A stretch of DNA of 64,000 nucleotides. It comes from Vulcanimicrobiota bacterium. Lineage in GTDB: Bacteria; Vulcanimicrobiota; Xenobia; Xenobiales; JADMJV01. Position 1 is the stretch's first letter. The number at the start of each line of letters is the position of its first letter. A program made the translations under genes and the position numbers. The stretch lies in NCBI GenBank assembly GCA_050250895.1, contig JBFWNU010000001.1, forward strand, positions 3,347,557 to 3,411,556, written 5' to 3'. The notes under the pieces are model-generated. The model was given only the letters and a program-made list of their open reading frames with translations, was not told the origin of the DNA and did not search any database. Shown in pieces: positions 8,740-19,300 of this stretch.

Positions 8740-8779
8740 CGGCACGTGGTGGTGCCGGATCCGGCACCTGGTGGCGCCG
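8740..8779. promoter_or_regulatory. Tandem pair of palindromic sites CGGCAC-N6-GYGCCG with 22-bp period (candidate operator)
   Basis: CGGCACgtggtgGTGCCG gatc CGGCACctggtgGCGCCG, in the divergent intergenic region 8615-8909. Creates a perfect 18-bp palindrome at 8751-8768. Confidence 0.4.
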
Positions 8780-8909
8780 TACTCCGGCGTGGCCGGGACA
8801 CCGCGCAATCCCTCGGGGGCGCAGGGCCGCCCCGATGGCCAGATTTTGACAATTCTGTCATTTCGTGGGCGCCGAGCAGCGATAGAGTGAGGAAAATTGG
8901 AGGAAACCC

Positions 8910-9410
8910 ATGTCTAAGCAAATCGGCCAGATGCCTGGCGCGTCCGCCTATCTCGACCTCAAGAACGTCTCCGGGACCCGTTGCTACGGCGTGCGTGGCA
9001 CGAAGTGGAACCTGGTCGAGCGCGATCAGCAGACCGGCGAGTTCAAGCCCGTCGACAAGCTCGAGAAGGGCTACACCTCTGAGGAACTCGATGCCAACTT
9101 CGGCGTCTGGGTGGACAAGAAAGTCACCGAAGGCATGTGGTGGTGGAAGAAGACCGTACGCGAGGAAGACGGCCAGGTTCAGGCTGACGAAGTGCGCTCG
9201 TTTGACGCCTTCCGCGAGGGTGAGATGTCGCACGTCTGGCACCGCACCGTCGGCGGCGACGAGTTGTATACGTTCGACTCGGGCACCATCAACCTGCATC
9301 CTACCGACAGTGGCACCTATGCCACCCTCGACAGCCAGTGGACCGAGTACAGCGGCGACTGGAATCGCTACTGGGAATACATGAGCCCGCTGGCTCCGCC
9401 CAACGCCTAG
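8910..9410 (+). CDS. Hypothetical protein (Trp-rich, GMWWWKK motif)
   Basis: Strong GGAGG SD before ATG, GC3-rich codon usage, abuts the A2M gene. Confidence 0.8.
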   Translation: MSKQIGQMPGASAYLDLKNVSGTRCYGVRGTKWNLVERDQQTGEFKPVDKLEKGYTSEELDANFGVWVDKKVTEGMWWWKKTVREEDGQVQADEVRSFDAFREGEMSHVWHRTVGGDELYTFDSGTINLHPTDSGTYATLDSQWTEYSGDWNRYWEYMSPLAPPNA

Positions 9411-12400
9411 GTGCTCAGAAAGCTGCCCCGGCTCGCCGGGGCTGTTTTATTGCTGGCCAGTCTGCTGGCCTGCATCGGTCCGGGAGCGCCGCCCAGCGAC
9501 TTTGACCCCAACCGGGTCCAGTCGTTCAAGATGGTGTTGAGCCAGGGCCCAAGCCAGGCGCCTTCGCCATTGGCGCGTCCGGCCGTGGTGCCCCTCGAGG
9601 CCCAGGCCGTCGAGAGTCTCGTTCCGGTCTTGCCCGAGCCACCCACCAGGCCTTTCGCCAGGCGTGAGATTGCGCCGCCGAAGTCGCCAAAGGTTCAACC
9701 AGCCTTTGCCTCACAACCCACCGAAGTCCCGGCCCCCCAGCCCGGGCCGCTCGAGGTCGTCAGGGTGGCTCCGCAGGGGGCGGTGGGGCGGTTGCCTCAC
9801 TTGAGCGTCACCTTCAGCCAATCCATGGTGGCCCTGGGAGCCGACGATTCTCGACCCGTCCAATTGAGTCCCGAGCCGCCCGGCCAGTGGCGTTGGGTGG
9901 GAACGCGCACGCTGCTGTTCGAGCCTGAAGGCGGGTTTCCGATGGCCACCGATTACACAATCGAAGTGCCGGCGGGTCTGACCTCGACGGCGGGGGGCCG
10001 ACTGACCCAGCCTGGGCGATGGACCTTTTCCACTCCGGCCCCCACGGTGATCGGTTCTTCGCCTCAAGGCGTTGGTGTCGAGTTGCAACCCCTCATCTTC
10101 TTGCACTTCGACCAGCGAATACGAGCGGCCGACGTGCTCTCGCATCTCGAGCTCAGAGTCGGAAATGCCACCTATCCCCTCGAGCTGGCCAGTGCCGCCG
10201 AGCGTGCCGAAGACGGCGAGATCCTCGACCTGATCGATGCGGCCGAGCCAGACACCTGGGTGGTCGTTCGGCCTCCTCAGCCACTGCCGCGGGCGGCCGA
10301 GGCCACGGTTTCACTGGCGGCTGGAACCCCCTCGGCTGAGGGCCCCAAGACCAGTGAAAAAGCCTGGGAGTTTCGCTTTCACACCTACTCGCCGCTACGG
10401 TGCGTTCGCCACAGCGCCCGCCCGATCCGGCCCGACGAATCGCTCTGGCTCAAGTTCAACAACCAGCTCGACCGGGCGAGCTTCGTCGATGAGATGGTGC
10501 AGGTCGAGCCTGCCATACCGGAACTGGAGGTCAGGGTGGAAGGCGACACCATTCGCCTGGACGGCCCTACTCAGGGTAGCACCACCTATACCGTGACCGT
10601 GCACCCGAAGCTTACCGACGTTTTTGGCCAGCGACTGGGCAAGCCTGAGTCTTACCCCTTTCGGGTGGGGCGAGCTGAGCCGGAGTTGAGCGCCCTCGAC
10701 AACACATGGCTCGACCCGACCCGGCCCGTCTATGCCTATCAGAGCGTCAACATTGGCCAGGTGCGGGTGCGCCTGCATCGGGTCGGTCCTCAAGACCGTC
10801 AGGCCTTCGAGAAGTATGCGCGGGCCCGCGAGTGGAAGGACGCGATTTCTGGCCCTCTTCCCGGTAGCGCTCTGGTCGACGAGACGGTCAAGCTCTCCGA
10901 TGGCCGTCACGAAATGAAGCTGCCACCGGGTTACGGTCAGTACCTGGTGGCGGTCGAGCAGACCGGAAAACATGGGTGGCGCGGCCGAATGCTGGCCTGG
11001 GTGCAGGTCACCGACCTCGAGCTCGATGCCATGAGAGACCAGGACCAGACGGTGGCTTTGGTCAGTGAGCATGCTAGCGGCCGTGGGGTGACCGGCGTCG
11101 AGGTGAGCCTTCTGCCGGCCGGGCCTAGAACAGTGTCGAGCCAGTCCGGGCTAGCCCGGCTGACCGGGACAACCGGCGTCGTCGAAGCCAGGAAAGGAGA
11201 CGACCGGTGTTATCTCTTTGGCCTCGAATCGGTGCATAGGCAGGAGGGGGAGTTGCTGTGGTATGTGGTCGACGATCGGGGTCTGTACCGCCCAGGCGAG
11301 ACTGTCTGTCTCACCGGTTGGGTGCGCGAGCCGGGCAGCCTGGCTGGTAAGCCCGGCAGGCTTAAGTTCGCTTGTAAAGCAGGGGACGAGCTGATTGCCG
11401 AGGGATTGGTCGAGGTCCGCCCTTCGGGCGGCTTCGAGTTCTCCTTTCGGCTTCCTGATAAGCCGGTCTCGCTCGGTGGCGGTGAGGTTGAACTCGAATT
11501 TGACGGTCAGACCCACCAGCACTATCTCAGCATTCACGAATTTCGGCGGCCCGAGTTCGAGGTCGACGCCCGACCTGGTCCAGGTCCGTATTTCATCGGC
11601 GACCAGGGTCGGATGCAGGTCGAGGCCCACTACTACACGGGGGCGGCCCTGCCCAACGCCGAGGTTTCGTGGCAAGTCAAGGCGACACCCAGCCCCTTCG
11701 AGCCGCCCGGCCATCCCGACTTTTCTTTCGGGCTTGTTCGAGACACGGTGGGCTATTTCGATAGCGAACGGTCAGGCTGGCCGACCTCATATCAGCGGCT
11801 AAAGGGGCGTACTGACGGCTTCGGCAAGCATGTTCTGCTGATGGATTTTCAATCGGTCTGGCCGCCTCAGCCAACGTTGGTGTCGGCCGAAGCCATGGTC
11901 ACCGATCTTAACCGCAAGGATTGGGCGGTGGGGACCTCTCTACTCGTCCATCCGGCCGAGCTCTACGTCGGGCTGCGCCAGCTCGGTGAAACGCCTCGTT
12001 TCGAGGTGCTGGTCACCGACCTCGAGGGAAAGCCGGTGGCGGGGGCCCCGGTCGAGGTTCGCCTCGACGAGGAACACCAGCGTGTGGTATCGGACCTGGA
12101 GCCGGTGGTGGTCGAGTTTGCCAGCCGGCGGGCTCACCGGGTCAACGCCCTCGTCTACGATCAGAAGAAGCGTCCCAACCTCACCAGTTTGCCCGTCTGG
12201 CTAAGCACGACTTCGGCGGATGGAGAGATGCGACTGCAGGCGGATAAGGCGGAGTACTCGCCGGGGGAAGTGGCCGAGGTGACCGTCGACGCGCCTTTTG
12301 CTCCCACCAGCGGCCTGTGGTGGACGAACCTCGACCAGGTTGAGCCGATGACCTTCCAGGGCCGCCGGGCCACCCTGAAGGTGCGGGTCCCAGAAGGCCG

Positions 12401-14876
12401 CCCCAGCTTTTCGGTCGAGGTCTTGGCCCTGGGGCCGAAGGGTAGAGCCCTCAAAGATCGGTTGTCTCTGGATGTCTCGCTTGAACAGCAGCGCCTCGAA
12501 GTGGAAGTCGCTCCCAGCCAGGCTGAGGTCGAGCCTGGAGCCGAAACGCACGTAGAGGTAAGAGTGAGCGGGGCCGAGGCCGCCGGCTGCGAGGTGGCTT
12601 TGTGGGTGGTGGACGAGTCGGTGCTGGCGCTGGCCGAGTACGAATTAGCCGATCCCCTCCAAACCTTCTTCCCGGGCACCTACCGAGCGACCAGTGAGGA
12701 CCACAGCCGCTCGGTCGCGCCGCCCAGACAGTTCGAGTACAACGACATTTATGGCTTTGACCTGACCGGTCACGTGGCCGGCTGGGTCGGGCCCAATCCG
12801 GAAGTCCGGATTTCTTCCGAGATGAACGCTGGGGCGGAGTTCTCGTTTTTCACCACCCCCCGCGCCGCGACGCCTCGAGTGCGCCAGAACTTTGACCCGC
12901 TGGCTTACTTCGCCGGCAACCTGGTGGCCGACTCCCAGGGTCGGGTCACGACGGCGGTCAAGCTGCCTGACAACCTGACCCGTTACCGCATCCTGGCGGT
13001 GGCTGCCGGTCGCAGCCAGTTCGGCACCGCAACCTCGAGCCTGACGGCCCGGCTGCCCTTGATGGTGCGCCAATCCCCTCCGCGCTTTCTCAACCTGGGC
13101 GACCGCTGTCAGTTGCCTATCGTGCTGCACAATCAGACCGACGACGCCCTCGAGACCGAGGTGGCAATGCGGGCCGCCAACGCCCACCTGGTCGAGCGAG
13201 GCTACAGGGTGACGGTGCCGGCCAACGACCGGGTCGAGGTGCTCTTCGAGGTCGAGCCTGAGCAAGCGGGCATCGCGCGGTTTCAAGCGGCCGCCCGGGC
13301 GGGCTCGGTAGTCGACGCCACTCGCTTTGAACTGCCGGTGTGGACTCCCGCGGCCAGCCAGCAGCTGGCCACTTACGGCCACCTCGATCAGGGAGTGACC
13401 GCCCTGGCCATCGAACCGCCCCGGGACGCCTATCCCGGATTCGGCGGTCTGGAGGTGACCACCAGCTCTACGGCTGTTGGTTCGCTGGATGATGCGGTGT
13501 CCTATCTCGAGAACTACCCCTATCACTGCGCCGAGCAAGTCGCCTCGCGACTACTCGGGCGGCTGGCCGTGGGCCGCAAGCCGGCCCTGTTGAAGGCCGA
13601 CCTCGAGAGGCTGACTACGGCTCAGCGTCATGACGGTGGCTGGAGCTTCTGGCCTGACGCCGACTCTAGCCAGCCGTTCGTCAGCGTGCATGCCTTTCAC
13701 GCTCTGGTTCGGGCTAGAGCGGCCGGGTTGACAGTGGATGATTGGAGCTGGAATCGCGGCCTTGACTATCTGGCCAACCTCTCGAAGTCGACGCCGGGAT
13801 ATACCGGCCGCGGGCGTATTGATGTGAGGGCCTATGCCCTTTACGTGCGACATCTGGCCGGCCAAAAGCCCTCGACCAGCGAGTTGGTGCAGCAGGCCGG
13901 AGGCCTGGACCAACTCAGCAGCGAGGCTCTGGGCTGGCTGTTGCCCGTGCTTCCGGCGGCTCAGCGAAGGGCTGCTCGACAGGCTCTCCTGAACAGGCTC
14001 GACGAGACCGCGGCCGGGACCGGCGTCGAGCAAACTCTGGGCTCGCCGGACCGGACCCAGGCGGTGGTGCTGGAGGCCCTCATCGGCGACCAGCCCCAGA
14101 GCGATCTCATCCCCAAACTGGTGAGCCGTCTCGAGGAGCACCGGCGCCGGGGACACTGGCAGACCACCCAGGAGAATGCCTGGGCGGCCCTCGCCCTGAA
14201 CCGGTATTTCAAGACCTACGAGAAGACCGAGCCCGATTTGGTCAGCCGGCTCTGGTTGGGGCGGCGCTATCTTGGTCAGCAGACCTTCCGCGGTCGCTCG
14301 TCCGAGCCACAACAGCTCAGTCTGCCCCTCGAGGAGCTGACCAGGGCCGACCTGGTGGTTTCGCGTCAGGGCAAAGGTCGGCTCTACTATCGGGTGGGCC
14401 TGCGCTACGCGCCTCGCGATCTCCAACAAGCCGCCGTCGATCATGGCTTTGCGGTCGAGCGCACCTATGAGCCTATCGAGGACAACCGGGATGTCGTCCG
14501 CCAGACTGATGGCAGTTGGCGGATTCGGGCCGGAGCCAGGGTCAAGGTGAGGCTGACCATGGCCGTGGATGGCCGGCGTAGCCAGGTGGCTCTGGTAGAC
14601 TGGTTGCCGGCCGGACTGGAGGCCATCAATCCCGCCCTGGCCGGCACCACCTCGTCGCAAGAAGTCAGTTGGTGGGGCTGGTGGGACCACCAGAATCTGC
14701 GCGACGAGCGGGTCGAAGCCTTCGCTGCTACTCTAGCTGAGGGGGTCTACGAATACAGCTATGAAGCCCTGGCCTCGACGCCCGGGCAGTTCACGGCTCC
14801 CTCGGCCTGCGCCGAGGAAATGTATCACCCTGAAACCTTCGGGCGCTCGCCCAGTCTGCGAGTGACGGTCGAGTAA
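9411..14876 (+). CDS. Bacterial alpha-2-macroglobulin family lipoprotein with N-terminal Ig-like domains
   Basis: Lipobox LLAC; DRGLYRPGETV (MG2), EFRRPEFEV, WVVDESVLAL, LPDNLTRYRILAVA, PRFLNLGD; thioester motif YPYHCAEQ; DWLPAGLEAIN and AEEMYHPETFGRS C-terminus. Confidence 0.95.
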   Translation: MLRKLPRLAGAVLLLASLLACIGPGAPPSDFDPNRVQSFKMVLSQGPSQAPSPLARPAVVPLEAQAVESLVPVLPEPPTRPFARREIAPPKSPKVQPAFASQPTEVPAPQPGPLEVVRVAPQGAVGRLPHLSVTFSQSMVALGADDSRPVQLSPEPPGQWRWVGTRTLLFEPEGGFPMATDYTIEVPAGLTSTAGGRLTQPGRWTFSTPAPTVIGSSPQGVGVELQPLIFLHFDQRIRAADVLSHLELRVGNATYPLELASAAERAEDGEILDLIDAAEPDTWVVVRPPQPLPRAAEATVSLAAGTPSAEGPKTSEKAWEFRFHTYSPLRCVRHSARPIRPDESLWLKFNNQLDRASFVDEMVQVEPAIPELEVRVEGDTIRLDGPTQGSTTYTVTVHPKLTDVFGQRLGKPESYPFRVGRAEPELSALDNTWLDPTRPVYAYQSVNIGQVRVRLHRVGPQDRQAFEKYARAREWKDAISGPLPGSALVDETVKLSDGRHEMKLPPGYGQYLVAVEQTGKHGWRGRMLAWVQVTDLELDAMRDQDQTVALVSEHASGRGVTGVEVSLLPAGPRTVSSQSGLARLTGTTGVVEARKGDDRCYLFGLESVHRQEGELLWYVVDDRGLYRPGETVCLTGWVREPGSLAGKPGRLKFACKAGDELIAEGLVEVRPSGGFEFSFRLPDKPVSLGGGEVELEFDGQTHQHYLSIHEFRRPEFEVDARPGPGPYFIGDQGRMQVEAHYYTGAALPNAEVSWQVKATPSPFEPPGHPDFSFGLVRDTVGYFDSERSGWPTSYQRLKGRTDGFGKHVLLMDFQSVWPPQPTLVSAEAMVTDLNRKDWAVGTSLLVHPAELYVGLRQLGETPRFEVLVTDLEGKPVAGAPVEVRLDEEHQRVVSDLEPVVVEFASRRAHRVNALVYDQKKRPNLTSLPVWLSTTSADGEMRLQADKAEYSPGEVAEVTVDAPFAPTSGLWWTNLDQVEPMTFQGRRATLKVRVPEGRPSFSVEVLALGPKGRALKDRLSLDVSLEQQRLEVEVAPSQAEVEPGAETHVEVRVSGAEAAGCEVALWVVDESVLALAEYELADPLQTFFPGTYRATSEDHSRSVAPPRQFEYNDIYGFDLTGHVAGWVGPNPEVRISSEMNAGAEFSFFTTPRAATPRVRQNFDPLAYFAGNLVADSQGRVTTAVKLPDNLTRYRILAVAAGRSQFGTATSSLTARLPLMVRQSPPRFLNLGDRCQLPIVLHNQTDDALETEVAMRAANAHLVERGYRVTVPANDRVEVLFEVEPEQAGIARFQAAARAGSVVDATRFELPVWTPAASQQLATYGHLDQGVTALAIEPPRDAYPGFGGLEVTTSSTAVGSLDDAVSYLENYPYHCAEQVASRLLGRLAVGRKPALLKADLERLTTAQRHDGGWSFWPDADSSQPFVSVHAFHALVRARAAGLTVDDWSWNRGLDYLANLSKSTPGYTGRGRIDVRAYALYVRHLAGQKPSTSELVQQAGGLDQLSSEALGWLLPVLPAAQRRAARQALLNRLDETAAGTGVEQTLGSPDRTQAVVLEALIGDQPQSDLIPKLVSRLEEHRRRGHWQTTQENAWAALALNRYFKTYEKTEPDLVSRLWLGRRYLGQQTFRGRSSEPQQLSLPLEELTRADLVVSRQGKGRLYYRVGLRYAPRDLQQAAVDHGFAVERTYEPIEDNRDVVRQTDGSWRIRAGARVKVRLTMAVDGRRSQVALVDWLPAGLEAINPALAGTTSSQEVSWWGWWDHQNLRDERVEAFAATLAEGVYEYSYEALASTPGQFTAPSACAEEMYHPETFGRSPSLRVTVE

Positions 14877-14877
14877 G

Positions 14878-16198
14878 ATGGATATCGGTCGCTACCTGGA
14901 CGCCCGCCTGGCCGAGGGCAGCCTCGATTCGTCGGGTGCCTTCACCGTCAACTGGCAGGGGCGCGATCGCCTGATGAAAGAGCTTTTTCTGTCCCAGCCA
15001 GGTCTTTGGATGGTCAAGGTGGTCCAGGCGGCGGTGGCGCTGGGTTCGACCGCTCTGCGGGTCAAAGTAGGAACGACCCGAGTGCAGGTAAGCTTTCGCT
15101 GTCCTGAGCCCCCCGACCCCCGGGCTGTGTTTGACGACCGGCCGGGCGAGGTCGAAGGTTTGCTCGGGCTAGGACTGGCGGCTGCCCAGGCCGAGCGGCC
15201 TCACCGCCTTACCTATTTGGTCGAGGGAGACCCCGGCGCGATGGTCAGCTTGAATCACCTCGGTGAGCCGGTCCACCTGCCGCTCGTGGGTGACGATGTC
15301 TGGGACCGAAACTCGCCGCTAGGGGGGGACCGGGCGGCGCGCAATGGTGGTCTTCGAAGACGCTTGCGGTTTGTTCGAGGGCTTGCAGAGGCTGCTCAAG
15401 CGTCGCTTCGGCGGGGCCTACGAGACCACGCGAAGAAGTGACTTCTGTCCGGTGCCACTCGAGTTCGACGGTCATCACCTCGGGGGTGGAGGGCAGAGAG
15501 TCTTCAGCTGTCTGGCGGTCGAATATATCCTGGGTCAGGCTGGGCACGACACCTTCGTACGCGAACGGGAGCCGGGAAACGGTTCGATGTTCTATCAAGC
15601 GGGTGAGCATCTGGTCGGACCTCTCAATTCCTCCAGCCGCGTGCTGTCCCACTGGTGTTTCCACCCAGACCCGAGGCTCGGGAGCGGGAGCCAGGCAATC
15701 GAACTGGCCGCGCCGCCGTCCAAAGGCCTGATCATTTCCCACAGTCAAGGCAAGCTGAGCTATCCCGAGAATTCCCTGGCTTTGTGGCGGCGAACTCTGC
15801 TGGGGGCCAGGCCGGAGCGGCTGGTGGTGGTGGGGCCCGGAGTTCTCTCACCGCGCTTCCTCGCTCCGGGACAGGTCGCCGCCGACGGGCTGCGCTGCCA
15901 TCTGTCGGTGGAATTGCCCCTCAAGCCCGAAGGGCCGAGCATTCTGATCGCGGTTCGCCACGGTATCATGCTCGAATCGGTGGAGGTGGACCTGGGCATG
16001 CCGGGAGCGGTAGCCATCGTGGCCAGTCCCAATTTGAAGACTGACGCCACCACTCTAGGGCTGGTACGCGATCAGGCCCTCGACGACATCGTGGAGCTTG
16101 CTCGCGAGCGGCTGGATGCTTTAGCCGACAGGGTGCTCGCTCTGCGTGACCGCGTCGGCGAGCGCCGCCTGGGTTGGCTGGCTCGAGCCAGGCTTTAG
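14878..16198 (+). pseudogene. 'S-x-G-x-F-T' family protein split by a frameshift in a G7 run (15322-15328)
   Basis: ORF 14878-15441 (SLDSSGAFTV...PGLWMVKVVQAAVALG) and ORF 15344-16198 (FCPVPLEFDG...RHGIML...PGAVAIVASPNLKTDATTLGLVRD) differ by one frame. G7 to G6 gives a continuous ...NSPLGGTGRRAMVVFEDACG... protein. May be a sequencing error. Confidence 0.7.
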
Positions 16199-16337
16199 CG
16201 CATCAGCCCCGGGTGAATGTTTGGTGGATTGGATTGGCTGTCCGAATCTCTTGGGGGTGGACCAGATTACCGGGAGTGGACTAATGTTGTCGTCGCCGTC
16301 CAAAGGTGAATTTCAGAGCTGACGAGAAAACGCTAAG

Positions 16338-19300
16338 GTGCTTCTATCGAGACAGTTTGCCACTCTTCTGATGCTCTTGCTCCTGGCCGGCTGCGGCCAG
16401 CTCGAAACGGGAACCTCGGCAGCCCCCGACCAGCCCGTGGCCGGCCTCAGTGGCGACGGCCTCATCGACTATGTGCGCCAGGGTCCCACTGGCAGTCAGG
16501 TGGGCCTCTCGCAACAGGCCTTCGGAGGCGAGCGCTATGTGGTCTTTCATACCGCCGAAGCGCTGATTTCGACCGACACCAACGGGGTGGAAGATGTCTA
16601 TCTGATGGACCTTCTCCTGGGCAACCTCGAGCGCATCAGCCTGGGTGTGGGCGGAGCCCAGCCCGACGGGGCCAGCAACTGGGCCACGGTCAGTATCGAC
16701 GGCCGCTATGTGGCCTTCGAATCGCGCGCCGAGAACCTGGTGGCGGCCGACGGCAACGGCCATCAAGACGTGTTCTTGCGCGACCGCACCAAAGGCCAGA
16801 CTATTCTGGTCAGCCAGGGCGGCGACGGCGATAGCTTCGACGCGCAGATCGCTGGTCTCGGCACCAAGCTGATGTTCACCTCGGCCGCTACCAATCTGGT
16901 GCCCGGCGACACCAACGGACAACTCGACTGCTTTCTCTACGACCTGGCCAGCACCAGTCTGGTGCGGGCCAGCCTGGACCGCAACGGCAACCAGATCGAG
17001 GGCTCGGACTCGACCGACCCGGCCATCAGCTATACCGGCAACCAGTTCGTCTTTGCCTCGGGCGGAACCAACCTGCCCCTCTACAACGGCTTTCGCCAGA
17101 TCTACGGAGCCCGGGTCAAGAACCTCAAGCCTTTCTTGCTGAGCTATGGGCCGGGCAACCAGCCTGGCACTGGCCACAGCTCGGCTCCCTCTATCGCCAG
17201 CTTCGCCAAGAAGGTCGTCTTCACGTCTGAGGCGGCCGACCTCGTCGCGGGCGACAGCAACGGCGTGGCCGACCTGTTCGTCTTCAACCTCGACGCGGCC
17301 GGGGTGACCCGGGGTTCGGTCGACTCGAGCGGCAACCAGCTCAACGGCCCCAGCACGGTGGGAGCGCTCAGCGGCGACGGCACCAAGCTGGCCTTCATCA
17401 CCGAGGCCAGCGGAGCGGCCAGCGGCGACGGCGACGCCCAGCCCGACGCCATCTTGAAAGACCTGACCACCGGCCAGACCACCCTCGTCAGCCGCGACAG
17501 CGGCGGCACCAAGGCCAACGGCGCCTCGGGTGGGGTGAGCGTGAGCCTGTCAGGCGCGCGGGCCACCTTCGGCACTCTGGCCACCAATTTGCAGCCGTTC
17601 GACACCACTAACGACGGCGACATCTACGTGCACCAGCCCGATGTGGGCAACACCATCCTGGCCAGCCAGGCTTTTCAGCCGTCGACCGGGTTTGCGGGGC
17701 AGCGCACTTTGACGGTCGAGTATCGAGGGATTCCACAATTCATCGATGTCAACAACGATGGTCGAATCGACCTCATCTGGGTCGACCGCAGCGGGTCAGG
17801 CCGTAGTGGACTCATCCAGGTGGCCCTGGGGCAAGCTGACGGATTTGGCACGCCCACGTCCACCGGAATCATCGCCGACTATGTGACCGTGGGCCAGTTC
17901 GGGGGAGATGCGAATATTGATCTGGTGTGCCTCAGCGACCGCGACCTCTCCTGGGCTGTTGGCGACGGCACCGGCAGCTTCGCTACACCCACCGCGATCA
18001 CGACCTTTTCGACTCTATCCAGATCCCTTTTCTATGGCCTGGTCACGGCGGACTTCAACGGCGATGGGTACGACGATATCTTGGCCCAGCGCTACAGGCA
18101 GAGTCCGAGCGGCTCGCCCGGCACCGACTACAGTCAGGGGCTGATCGTGAGCGGCAATGGGGCGGGTATCTTTGCTGCTCCGGTTACGGTGGCCATAGAA
18201 GGCTCCATCGCCGGATTGCGGGTAGGTCGGCTCGATAGTGACAGTCGTGCCGATCTGGTGACACTTGAAGTGGTGAACTACGACACCTATTCGTACAAGC
18301 TTCACACTCGCCTGGGCACCGGCACGACCGTGACCACCGACATCACGACGACCGATGACGTGGTGAGCTTCAACCTGGGCGACTACAACAGCGACGGGAT
18401 CGACGATGTGGTGATCGGTCTCTATGTCAATGGGGTCCACCTCTTTCTCGGGAACGGCAGCGGGGGCTTCGTTCATCAGGCGGACTACGTCCTACCTCGC
18501 TCGGCCACGATCAGTGAGCCCATGATTGCCGACGTGACCGGAGATCTGGTGCCTGACCTGGTGTTCGACAAGCAATATCGGCTTGAGGTGATTCCCGGAA
18601 ATGGAGTGGACTTGAGCGGCACTCCCCAGGTCATTTTCCCAGGCGAACTCAGAGGGCCTCTGCGTCTGCTCGACGCCGACGACGATGGCGATCTGGACCT
18701 TCTTGCCATGGCTGTGCAGTCGAATACGACCAGCGCCGATGTTATGGTGCTGCCAAATCTTGGCGGCAACTTCTGGCCCTACTCTTCCTCGCCGGCCAGA
18801 TTCGCCGCCCTGGGCGACTTCCTGGGCAACCTGTTTTTGGACGTGGTTTACGCCACCTCGGATGCTACCGTCTTCGAGGGTGATGGCGCGGGAGGGCTGC
18901 AGGCTGGTTCTGGCTCACCTCTTTCTCTGGCCGGCGCGGAGCAACTGATCCGCGGAGACTTCAACAAGGATGGGTTGCTGGACCTGATCGAGTTGGACGA
19001 CTACTCCCGCGGGACCGGCAGTCAGGTGTTTCTGTCTTCAGGCGGCGGCAGCTTCACCGCCGGCCAGACATTGTCGATCAGTGAGGGGGGGAGGGCCGCC
19101 GACATTGACGGCGACGGAGACCTCGACGTGGCTCTGGCTACTACCGCTGGTTTGGCAATCTGGGTAGGGGTCGGCGACGGCACTTTCACGGCCGGACCGG
19201 TTCTCCCCTTGACCTATGAGTCTTTTTTTGATGATGAGCACCTCGAATTGGTCGACTTGAACGAGGATGGGCGGCTTGACCTGGTGGTAGGGCGGCGGTT

